Below are positions 11,120 through 22,250 of a DNA stretch of 64,000 bases, piece by piece. The translations under genes and the position numbers were made by a program. The notes beneath the pieces are model-generated. The model worked only from the letters and a program-made list of their open reading frames with translations. It was not told where the DNA came from and did not search any database. The DNA comes from Macrostomum lignano (lineage: Eukaryota): positions 248,001-312,000 of the forward strand of contig NIVC01000859.1 in NCBI GenBank assembly GCA_002269645.1. Reading direction: 5' to 3'. Positions within the stretch are counted from its first letter, which is position 1, and each line of letters begins with the position of its first letter.

Positions 11120-12968
11120 GTAGGATACTAAAAGTAGTATGAGGGGAACATGTGCACTATAGTTTAGGGACATACACTAGCATAATGTTGTAAGGTCGCA
11201 ATTTATCATTATTTTTCAAAGATGGCCCGAAGAAATGGTCCTTTTCCACTTACACGTCTGATTTCTTTTCCAGATGGACATTGCTTTCCATCAAGGAGGG
11301 GGGCCGCATCCGCCCCCGCCGCCGCCGCCGCCGCCACCGCCGCCGCCACCGCCACCGCCTCGCCGGCTGAGGCGGCTGCGTAGCGGCCGGCTGCGGCTAC
11401 TTTGAGCAGAGCTGTGTACTGTACTGTTTGGGTTGGGCTACTAATCTGATTGTAGGGAAAGTTTGTATATATAGATAGATATAGATGAATAAAAATTTTA
11501 CTGTTTAAGACATTTGAAATTAATTATTTAGACAGGCAGACAGACAGACAGACAGACAAACTTTCCCTACAATCAGATATGAACCCTCGGGTCGGAATTA
11601 ATAATAAATATTTTAAATAATAAATTAAATAATAAAAAATAAAAAATGATTAATAATTAATAATTAAATAATAAATAATTTAATAATTTAAATAATTTAA
11701 ATAATTTAATACTTTGAGTAATTTAAAAATTAAATTAATAATAAATTTATAAATTAGTAATAATTTAATAATTCAATGTAATACTGTATTCATGTAATAC
11801 TGTATGTTTTAAAATGTATTTAATAATGTTTGTATGTATTTAACATTGTTTAATGTTAAATAAATGTAATTGTAAATGTAAATGTAATTATTAAATGTTT
11901 AAATGTTAAATGTTAATTGTTAATGTTAATGTTTATTAAATGTTAAATATTTAATAATAATTTAATAATGTAATAAATTAATTGGCTTGAGGGTTCTGCC
12001 CAGCCCAATTTTTGGATTAAAAATCTTGCGCTTCAATTTCTTCCTTATTTAATGATCATAACATAGAGTTTAAAACAGTAGAGCTCAGGGGTAGATGTTT
12101 CAGAAAAGTGTCATTATCAGCCAGTAGGCTTGGCAGGATAGTACTTAGGAATGCTGTTCAATGCAACCAATTGAGTTCAATTTCAGCACCCCAGCAGCCT
12201 GGCTGGCTAGCCGTGTTTTCGCCACTCGACGTTCTGATACTTGGCGGAGGTGCTTAGCGAGTTATTGCATCTTGCGACAACAGATAAGCACATTCCATCC
12301 ATAATTGACCCGTTCTGAATTGTACATAAAGTTATCCTGCTGCAACGCCGAGTGGGCCGCCGCCAGCCAAAGCGTCGCCTCAGCATCCTGGGCTACGCCG
12401 ATGATCTCGCCCTGCTGTCCTCAACCGTCGAGGGCGCCCAACGTCAGCTGGTACGTCTGGTTGGCGTTGCTGCGAGCGTCGGCCTGGTGATCAACACGCA
12501 AAAGACCGTCGTGCTCACCATGCCCACCAACATCCAAGCCGACATCTACTGCCGAGGCGCTGATGGGCAGGCAACGCTGTTACCGCGCGTTCAGCAGTTC
12601 GTGTACCTCGGCGGCCTGGTACCCGACGCCTTTGACGACCTGAGGCGTTGCCGTGGACTCGCTTGGGCGGCCTTTAACTCCATGAGAACCGTCCTGCACT
12701 CTGCGGTTCTGCCAGACCGCCAGCGCTCAGCGTTGTTCCAGGCGTTGATCGAGACCGTCCTGCTTTACAACGCTGAAACATGGACGCTGACGGAAACGCT
12801 CGAGCGACAGGTCGACGCGGCGCACGCCGGCCTGCTGCGCGCTGCCTTCAAGATCGGCGGCGGCGAGCATGTCACTAGCGCGGCGCTGTACGCCCGAGCT
12901 CGCCTGGCCCGCCCCAGCGATCTGCTTCGCCGCCGGCGGCTCCATTGCTGCTGGCCATGCAGCAGACA
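11120..12968 (+). mobile_element. Modular repeat, copy 2, with an AT-rich array and a captured RT fragment
   Basis: Same head as 5236; CCG tract 11310-11360; perfect IR 11444-11464/11558-11578; AT-rich array 11600-11980; shared tail; then GC-rich RT sequence. Confidence 0.75.
12340..12940 (+). pseudogene. RTE-like non-LTR retrotransposon RT fragment (YADD to thumb region)
   Basis: LSILGYADDLALLS...GLVINTQKT...FVYLGG...LLYNAETWTLT motifs in ORF 12352-13143; both ends are truncated. Confidence 0.9.
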
Positions 12969-13131
12969 AGATTTCGCGCGGAGCTGCGCGTCCAATGAGA
13001 ACGTAGCTACTCGAAAAAGTATAGGGCAAATGGCAGCTTCCCTTTCCTCTCCTCTCCAAGTTTTGGGGATATATATGGCACATGTTGGCACCTTTTGCGT
13101 TCCCAATTGGTCACATTTCTATTTTTCATTA

Positions 13132-13345
13132 AGTCCCTACTAAAAGTAAAAATTGGTACTGAATGAGCAAAAGTGCTCAACAATTTGGATTCTCAAAAGT
13201 AGTTTATAATTAAACATGTCTATTAGGCATATTTTTATGTAGTGTCCTATTCCCTAAAAAATGTCCCATTCCCTATAAAATTTGGCAACTTTATAATTAA
13301 GGCAAAAAATAATTTAATCGTTGCTTGACTTGTCCGCCATATTGT
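13132..13345 (+). repeat. 214-bp segment copied to 14819-15032
   Basis: agtccctactaaaagtaaaaattgg...ccgccatattgt occurs in both places; I count 3 mismatches. Confidence 0.9.
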
Positions 13346-13480
13346 TTTTTATCAGATTAACAAATTAATGTTTTTTATTCACTACGTATTTTGCTTTTTA
13401 CTAAATACTACCCTTAGGGTATCTATTCAATTTTGATCAATAATTTTTTAGGACAAGTACAGTTTTACATATTGGAAGTA

Positions 13481-13518
13481 TAAAGTTACTTTTTAGTTAC
13501 CACTAAAAAGTAACTTTA
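13481..13518. other. Perfect 17-bp hairpin with a 4-nt loop
   Basis: taaagttactttttagt-tacc-actaaaaagtaacttta. Confidence 0.9.
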
Positions 13519-16282
13519 GTTACACGTTTTTTTAATAAGCTACATGTATCCTTGAAATTTTAAAAAAATCTCCTGTCAAACCTTGTAAGCCTTGACATGT
13601 CAGTAATTCCCCCCCACAAGCTTTAACTTATCAACTTCCCCCCTTGACATCACAGCAATGCCCCCAATAAGCCTTGGAAATCTAAAAACTGTCAACCTTC
13701 TAACCCTAACCCTAGCCCTAACCCTAACCTAACATTGAAATTTCAGTAATTCTCTCTAAGAGTCATTATAGCACTACTACAGCATTATAGCGATTCCCTG
13801 CAAGCCTCGACATCGTAGGGATTCCCAAATGAATCTCTTAACTTCGACATGAAGCTTCTTTTATTTTTTACATTACGCTTTTTTTATCAGCGATCCCTCC
13901 CCTGAGGCATCAAATAATGTAAAAAAAAGTTTTCAATAAACTACATGTAGCTTCTGACTTTAGCTTTGAAATCTCATTTATACCCCCGTCCCCCGTGAGC
14001 CTTGACATCTAAGCTATTCCCCGTAAGCCTTAACATGTCAGCGATGGCCCCCATAAACCTTGAAATCTAAAAAATCCTCTGTTATTCTGTTAACCTTAAA
14101 ACCCGCTAAAATCTAACCCTCAACCCACACCTGACCTAAACCTAGCTTTAACCCAACCTAAAGCCTTGAAATCTCAGCAATTCTTCTCACTAAGCCTTGA
14201 CATTTTAGTGATTCCTTCTTTAAGAATCACAGCACTATAACGATTTCCACCTAGCTTTGACATCGTAGCCATTCCCAAATGAATCTTTTAACTTCGACAT
14301 GACTTTTCTTTTATGTATACGTAGTGCTACTTTTATTTTTTACATGACTCTTCTTCTATCAGCGCCCCCCCCAGTGGCGAGCCAACAAAGAATACAATAA
14401 AAAAATTAAGTAAAGTACATGAACTTTGAAGTAGCTTCTGACTTTTGCTTTGACATCTCAGAACCCCCCCGTAATCTCAGTTATTCTCTGAGAGCTTTTA
14501 CGTCTCAGTTTTTCTCTCCAGCACAGCATTATAGCTGCATTTAATTTTTACATTAAACCCTTCATGTCTGACATGACGCTTCTTTTATTCTACCATGATG
14601 CTTCTTAAGTTTTTAAATGACACTTTCATTAGTTTTTAAATGAGGCTTCTATGATTTTTTCTTGACGCTTCTATGATTGTTTACATCACGCTTCTATGAT
14701 TTTTTAAATGACGCTTCTATGATTTTTTACATGACGCTTCTATGATTGTTTACATGACGCTTTTATGATTTTTACATGACGCTTCTATGATTGTTTACAT
14801 GACGCTTCTATGATTTTTAGTCCCTACTAAAAGTAAAAATTGGTACTGATTGAGCAAAAGTGCTTAACAATTTGGATTCTCAAAAGTAGTTTATAATTAA
14901 ACATGTCTATTAGGCATATTTTTATGTAGTGTCCTATTCCCTAAAAAATGTCCCATTCCCTATAAAATTTGGCAACTTTATAATTAAGGCAAAAAATAAT
15001 TTAATCGGTGCTTGACTTGTCCGCCATATTGTGATCATTTTTTACATGACGCTTCTCTGATTTTTACATGACGTTTTTATGATTGTTTACATGACGCTTC
15101 TATGATTTTTTACATGACGCTTCTATGATTTTTTGCATGACGCTTCTACGATTTTTACTCGACGCTTTTATGATTTTTATATGACGCTTTCCGTCGCTTT
15201 AATGATTTTTTACATGACGCTTCTATGATTTTTACATGACGCTTCTATGATTGTTGAAATGACGCATCTATGATTTTTATATGACGCTTCTATGATTTTT
15301 CAAATGACGCTTCTATGATTGTTTACATGATGCTTCTATGATTTTTTAAATGACGCATCTATGATTTTTATATGACGCTTTTATGATTTTTTAAATGACG
15401 CTTGTATGATTTTTTACATGATGCTTCTATGATTTTTTAAATGACGCATCTATGATTTTTACATGACGCTTCTATGATTGTTGAAATGACGCATCTATGA
15501 TTTTTATATGACGCTTCTTTGATTTTTCAAATGACGCTTCTATGATTTTTTTAAATGACGCATCTATGATTTTATATGACGCTTCCATGATTTTTTATAT
15601 GACGCTTCTACGATTTTTTACATGACGCTTCTATGATTTTTACATGACGCTTCTTTTTAAAAAGTCTTTTAGTTTTCCTGACGTTGAAAAGCTTTAATTA
15701 AAAAAATTATACTCTATGAAAATTTGAACCATCGTCGCTGCATTTAGCAGTTCAGTCTGTTCACCTCTAGGCTAGTTCTTATCGTTTTGATAACATCAAA
15801 TTTCGCACTTATATATATAATTCAACAGTTTAAAATCCAAGCATAGAGTAAATCACACGAAGCAGTTATGACAATCAGTTTCTCAGTCAGTCAGTATCAG
15901 TTAACAATATGGTTACGCAATCTAAATCAAGTCTGGTGCTACGCTTCCACACTGCATTATTAATTTAAGTCGGAGTTACAATTCAGTTATGATGCAATCT
16001 ATTTCAGAATCAGAATTCAACCAGTCAGTTTTTTCTCTAGCATTCTTACAATGCATTTCAAGTCGAAAAGTTTGCTTGACCTTTGCAAAAAAGCATGTTT
16101 TTTGAATATTTAATGCCTTTAGCATCGAGCAATTTCTTAGCCACGATGCATGTACAGTCACGGGAAAATTTCAGATCGAACAGTGCAAGCTCGAACAAAA
16201 TCGGTCCAGCCATTTTTTCTCTAATCGATCACATAGATAGATAGATAGATAGACACAGACAGACCATTTTTAGTATATAGGA
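13519..16282 (-). mobile_element. Non-autonomous Helitron-like element, copy A (3-prime end missing)
   Basis: Minus-strand 5-prime end reads TCCTATATACTAAAAATGG followed by a GTCT/CTAT microsatellite. It is collinear with 16283-19457, and homology stops at ~13520. Confidence 0.7.
14570..15655 (+). repeat. ~21-22-bp minisatellite CATGACGCTTCTATGATTTTTTA inside Helitron-like copy A, interrupted at 14819-15032
   Basis: Direct tandem array. Confidence 0.95.
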
Positions 16283-16502
16283 CTAGCAATCTACGCCCCC
16301 CGTTGGGGAGCCAAAGAAATGCAATACACGTTTTTTTAATAAGCTACATGTATCCTTGAAATCTTAAAAAATCTCCTGTCAAACCTTGTAAGCCTTGACA
16401 TGTCAGTAATTCCCCCCCCCCCACAAGCTTTAACATATCAACTTCCCCCCTTGAGCAATGCCCCCAATAAACCTTGGAAATCTAAAAATATCTGTCAACC
16501 TT

Positions 16503-16558
16503 CTAACCCTAACCCTAGCCTAACCCTAACCCTAACCCTAACCCTAACCTAACCCTAA
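16503..16558 (+). repeat. Interstitial telomere-like (CCCTAA)n; shorter copy at 13700-13733
   Basis: ctaaccctaaccctagcctaaccctaaccctaaccctaaccctaacc. Confidence 0.8.
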
Positions 16559-17394
16559 AGCATTGAAATTTCATTAATTCTCTCTAAGAGTCATTATAGC
16601 ACTTCTACAGCATTATAGCGATTCCCTGCAAGCCACGACATCGTAGGGATTCCCAAATGAATCTCTTAACTTCGACATGAAGCTTCTTTTATTTTTTACA
16701 TTACGCTTTTTTATCAGCGATCCCTCCCCTGAGGAGGCATCAAATAATGTAATAAAAAGTTTTCAATAAACTACATGTAGCTTCTGACTTTAGCCTTGAA
16801 ATCTCATTTATACCCCCGTGAGCCTTGACATCTCAGCTATTCCCCCCCCCGTAAGCCTTAACATGTCAGCGAAGGCGCCCATAAACCTTGAAATCTGAAA
16901 AATCCCCTGCTAACCTTGAAACCCGATAAAATATAACCCTCAACCCACACCTGACCTAAACCTAACTTTAACCCAACCTAAAGCCTTGAAATCTCAGCAA
17001 TTCTTCTCCCCTAAGCCTTGACATTTTAGTGATTCCTTCTTTAAGAATAACAGCGCTATAACGATTTCCACCAAGCTTTGACATCGTAGCAATTCCCAAA
17101 TGAATCTTTTAACTTCGACATGACTTTTCTTTTATGTATACATAGTGCTACTTTTATTTTTTACATAACTCTTTTTCTATCAGCGCCTCCCCGTGGCGAG
17201 CCAACAAAGAATGCAATAAAAAAATTGAGTAAAGTACATGAACTTTGAATTAGCTTCTGACTTTTGCTTTGACATCTCAGAAACCCCCCCCCCGTAATCT
17301 CAGTTATTCTCTGAGAGCCTTTACGTCTCAGTTTTTCTCCCCAGCACAGCATTATAGCTGCATTTAATTTTTCCATGACACCCTTCATGTCTGA

Positions 17395-18890
17395 CATGAC
17401 GCTTCTTTTATTCTACCATGATGCTTCTTAATTTTTTAAATGACACTTTCATTAGTTTTAAATGAGGCTTCTATGATTTTTTCATGACGCTTCTATGATT
17501 TTTACATGACGCTTCTATGATTCTTTACATGACGCTTCTATGATTGTTTACATGACGCTTCTATGATTTTTTAAATGACGTTTTTTTGATTTTTATATGA
17601 CGCTTCTATGATTTTTTACATGACGCTTCTATGATTTTTTAAATGACGTTTTTTTGATTTTTATATGACGCTTCTACGATTTTTACATGACGCTTCTATG
17701 ATTTTTTAAATGACGCTTTTATGATTTTTACATGACGCTTCTATGACTTTTTACATGACGCTTCTACGATTTTTATATGACGCTTCTACGATTTTTTACA
17801 TGACGCTTCTATAATTGTTTACATGACGCTTCTATGATTGTTTACATGACGCTTCTATGATTCATTACATGACGCTTCTATGATTTTTTACATGACGCTT
17901 CTATGATTGTTTAAATGACGCTTCCATGATTGTTTACATGACGCTTCTATGATTGTTTAAATGACGCTTTTATGATTTTTTAAATGACGCTTCCATGATT
18001 GTATACATGACGCTTCTATGATTGTTTACATGACGCTTCTATGATTTTTTACATGACGCTTCTTTGATTGTATACATGACGCTTCTATGATTGTTTACAT
18101 GACGCTTCTATGATTTTTTTACATGACGCTTCTATGATTGTTTACATGACGCTTCTATGATTGTTTACATGACGCTTCTATGATTTTTTACATGACGCTT
18201 CTATGATTCATTACATGACGCTTCTATGATTGTTTACATGACGCTTCTATGATTCATTACATGACGCTTCTATGATTTTTTAAATAACGCTTCTATGATT
18301 TTTATATGACGCTTCTATGATTGTTTACATGACGCTTCTATGATTGTTTACATGACGCTTCTATGATTTTTACATGACGCTTCTATGATTGTTTACATGA
18401 CGCTTCTATGATTTTAATATGACGCTTCTATGATTGTTTACATGACGCTTCTATGATTCATTACATGACGCTTCTATGATTTTTTACATGACGCTTCTAT
18501 GATTGCTTAAATGACGCTTCCATGATTGTTTACATGACGCTTCTATGATTGTTTAAATGACGCTTTTATGATTTTTTAAATGACGCTTCTATGATTGTTT
18601 ACATGACGCTTCTATGATTTTTTACATGACGCTTCTATGATTGTTTACATGACGCTTCTATGATTGTTTACATGACGCTTCTATGATTTTTGACATGACG
18701 CTTCTATGATTGTGTACATGACGCTTCTATGATTGTTTACATGACGCTTCTATGATTTTTTACATGACGCTTCTATGATTTTTTACATGACGCTTCTATG
18801 ATTTTTTAAATTACGCTTCTATGATTGTTTACAAGACGCTTCTATGATTGTTTACATGACGCTTCTATGATTCATTACATGACGCTTCTT
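17395..18890 (+). repeat. Same minisatellite, expanded to ~1.5 kb in copy B
   Basis: Direct tandem array with variable spacers (gttta, tttta, tcatta). Confidence 0.95.
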
Positions 18891-19405
18891 TTTAAAATGT
18901 CTTTTAGTTTTCCTGACGTTGAAAAGCTTTAATTAAAAAAATTATACTCTATGAAAATTCGAACCATCGTCGCTGCATTTAGCAGTTCAGTTTCAACACT
19001 TTAAAATCCAAGCATAGAGTAAATTACACGAAGCAGTTATGACATAATCAGTTTCTCAGTCAGTCAGTATCAGTTAACAATATGGTTACGCAATCTAAAT
19101 CAAGTCTGGTGCTACGCTTCCACACTGCATTATTAATTTAAGTCGGAGTTACAATTCAGTTATGATGCAATCTATTTCAGAATCAGAATTCAACCAGTCA
19201 GTTTTTTCTCTAGCATTCTTACAATGCATTTCAAGTCGAAAAGTTTGCTTGACCTTTGCAAAAAAGCATGTTTTTCGAATATTTAATGCCTTTAGCATCG
19301 AGCAATTTCTTAGCCACGATGCATGTACAGTCACGGGAAAATTTCTGATCGAACAGTGCAAGTTCGAACAAAATCGGTCCAGCCATTTTTTCTCTAATCG
19401 ATCAC

Positions 19406-19438
<33 letters not shown>

Positions 19439-19499
19439 CCATTTTTAGTATATTGGATATTAACGTTACATTGAAAACTTATATTTAACAAGAATCTAA

Positions 19500-19998
19500 T
19501 GTTAGTTATGTTAGCAAGGACTAGGGCAGTACTGGCTGTTGCAATCTGTACACTTCTACACTTTTGGCTGTACAGCTTGAAGTGAATGTAGCCCTCGTTT
19601 TTGGCGTTGTCTTTGTATACCCAGAAGACCACTTGGCCGCCTATGCTAGTCCATGCTTTCTGGCATTTCTGCAAGTGAACAAATTTTTAAATTTACTGTT
19701 GGTAGGCATAATAGCATATCTGGCATAGCATAGCAAATGGAATTTTTTTATTTCTTAAAAAATAATTTTGTTTCATTTAGCAATGTATTCCTAATCAATT
19801 GTAAGAAAAATGAAAGCCTTAACACTTACCTAGCGGGTAAAGCAGACTTCGGCTTGATCCTTGAAGTAGCACCACTGATTTTTAGGGATACCGGTGTCAT
19901 GCACATCCAGCAGGTTGAACTCTAGGTATAGGTGCCAGCTGCCGAACAAAAATTGGCTGAAAAAATCCACGAAACGTTTGTGCCAGACAATTTCCATT
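19500..19998 (-). pseudogene. Disabled RTP-like (zf-3CxxC) gene; exons 19998-19830 and 19668 to ~19500
   Basis: Acceptor ttttcag|aATG, donor TAG|gtaagt, acceptor cacttgcag|, phase 0. Spliced peptide MEIVWHKRF...WHLYLEFNL...WCYFKDQAEVCFTR*KCQKAWTSIGGQVVFW...EGYIHFKLYSQKC matches the RTP spacing W..F..W.L..NL..W..Y..A..FxCxxC..W.S..F..G..QxC. Confidence 0.65.
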
Positions 19999-20373
19999 CT
20001 GAAAAGAAAATAAAAAATTGACATGATATTTCGTCAGAACGCTATTAATTTGGATGTCAGGATTTCAGATAGTTTACAGAGTAACGGTAATTTGACTATA
20101 AATTTTTAAATACAAGCCATGCTCATTGAACAAAAAAGCCTTACAAAGACAACAATATATTCATGCCAATATTTTTGCAGCAAGCAAATTATATATACTG
20201 CCAAGAAAAAAGACAGATTAACAGCAGTAGCAGGAAAAATTGTTTGTAATACGGAAATTATAAACAGTGGATATTTTTCGAAGAGTAAACTCTGAGCACA
20301 ATAATAAATCGTTGAAGAAGTATTGCACAATGGTGGAGAGGGATGAGGGAGTAGGGTGGAGTTATAGACAAAG

Positions 20374-20658
20374 TTATAGACAAACAAGTTGACTTTGTTT
20401 TATATTATTATTAGTGCGAACCGCTGCTGCGAAGTATCGGGCACTAATTGCAAACCAGGCTGCCCGCTGTTCCGCTGGCAAGGTGCCGAGCCTTGCCACG
20501 CTGGCCAGTCTGGCAACACGCAGCAGCGTTTGTGGTTTGGGAAAGGTCTTGGTCACTGAACTGTAAAAACGTGATCCCTTCTGAACGTTAAAACGTCCCT
20601 TTTCTGGGCCACCAAATTTGTGATTCTTGCGTTTAGTCAACTCTTTTAACTCCGCCAT
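20374..20658 (-). CDS. Possible small ORF or exon, 94 aa, basic, function unknown
   Basis: ATG in gcaATGG context, richer in GC than its flanks, non-repetitive peptide; no recognisable motif. Confidence 0.2.
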   Translation of the reverse strand: MAELKELTKRKNHKFGGPEKGRFNVQKGSRFYSSVTKTFPKPQTLLRVARLASVARLGTLPAEQRAAWFAISARYFAAAVRTNNNIKQSQLVCL

Positions 20659-21419
20659 TGCCGGTCCCTAGCCCGGATGAAAAAGGAGGGAAAGAAAATA
20701 TGCATATGCTCACGTTCGTGTCACTGTTTTTCTGTTTTCATTTTTGATAAAACTGTCTTGCCATTTTCCACTTGAAATGTTTTTTATGCTTTTTGTCTTT
20801 CTTATTTTCCGCAAATTGGTATTTTGACATGGTGGACATTGTGTGTAGTATTTACAACGTAAATTACGTTGTAAACTAACGAACGTAGTCAACTAAAAAG
20901 TCAACGTAAAAAGTCAAAGGCTTTAACTAAAATGCCGCCGGGAAGCCTGGCTCTGGGCCGTGACCCGGCCGGAGCTGGGCATGCTTTAAGCTGTCGGCTG
21001 ACGCTGCCGCGCCAGCACCTGGGAAGCCAAGGAAGGCAACAATCGTGCAAAGGCCTCCAAAGCACGCTTACAAACACCCTATGGAGCAGTGTCAGACACG
21101 CTGGCAAACACCCTGCAGTTTCTGCAAGTAAAGCCAGTTGCTCTCGCAACTTACAACTAATCAAAACGACTAAAGTGAATTTAGTGAATTTAGTAGGCCA
21201 AAAAAGTGAATTTACTACCTAAAAATTTGGTACACTGTGGGTATCTATTCTAGATACGTAGTCAAAACATTTCACTACCCATAGACTTCCGTATCAGCCT
21301 CGCACAGTGCCTGTGCTGGGTTGTACTATCAGTGTGAGCGGAGTATCATCGTCTCTCATCACGGTCAGGAGCCTCGGTGAGTCTGGTCATGCGACCTTTT
21401 CCTTTTTAGAGCGCAAATA

Positions 21420-21620
21420 AAGACCAGAGAGAAGAGAGGTGAAGGAAAAGACGAGAGAAGAGTGGGAGGAGAGGAAAGAGAAAAGAGAAAAGAAATGAGA
21501 TAAGAGAGATGAAAAAGAAGAGAAATGAGAGAAGATACGAGAGAAGAGGGGAGAGAGGAGAGAGTAAAGAGAAGAGAGGAGAGAGAGCAGAGAGGAGACG
21601 AGGGACGAGACAGAAGAGAG
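21420..21620 (+). repeat. AG-rich low-complexity tract
   Basis: gagagaagag-type purine run. Confidence 0.85.
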
Positions 21621-22034
21621 GAAACCTCTCTCCTAATAGCTGTGGGAATAATTTTATTTTTACTATTTCCTGTTATTTACTTTCTACTATTTACTGTTAT
21701 TTTTACATTGGCGGCCCTGTCGGTGGCAATGGTGGCGGCCATGACGACGGTGGCCCTGGCGGCGGTGGCCCTGGCGGCGGTGGCCAGTTTTGATATTAGA
21801 ATACACATACAGGAGCAGTAAAACGGTTTTTGCCAAATTATTAAGACAAGTTTGTGGACAAGTCATTCACGATGTTACATATTTGAGAGTTTGACTTACG
21901 TTTATGGTTTGAGTTTTTTACCTTGTACCGAATAACGATTTTAAAGGCGTTTAACCCTTAAAAAGATGCCATATAATGTTTGCGGACACTACATGTATAG
22001 TTTAGCAGGGGCGCGACTAGAGGTTTCAGGGGGG

Positions 22035-22250
22035 GCGCTAAAATGAGTGCCTGCAGCGCTAAAATGAGTGCCTGTGGCGCAAAAATGAGTGCCTGTGGCG
22101 CTAAAATGAGTACCTGCGGTGCTAAAATGAGTGCCTGCGCCGCTAAAATGAGTGCTGACAACACTGATTCTGATAATGTACGTGTAGAAATTTCGTCGTG
22201 TACATGTAGAATTCTTGGCTTTGTCCCCCACCATAAAATCCATGGCGACG
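22035..22250 (-). mobile_element. Minisatellite-bearing MITE-like element (GCGTCGCCATGGATTTTATGGTGG head plus 21-bp array)
   Basis: Reverse complement of 29820-30085; the same head occurs at 48705, 55885 and, diverged, at 61245. Confidence 0.65.

Larger units (their letters stand above)
16283..19457 (-). mobile_element. Non-autonomous Helitron-like element, copy B (apparently full length, 3,175 bp)
   Basis: Minus strand begins A|TCCAATATACTAAAAATGG at 19457 and ends with a cccc-aac-gggg hairpin shortly before CTAG (16286-16283). No TSD is visible. Confidence 0.75.

Noticed and set aside
14570-18890. CRISPR-like appearance of the CATGACGCTTCTATG arrays
   Set aside because: Units are contiguous, with only 5-7-nt variable linkers and no unique spacers. 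There are no cas genes and the context is eukaryotic.
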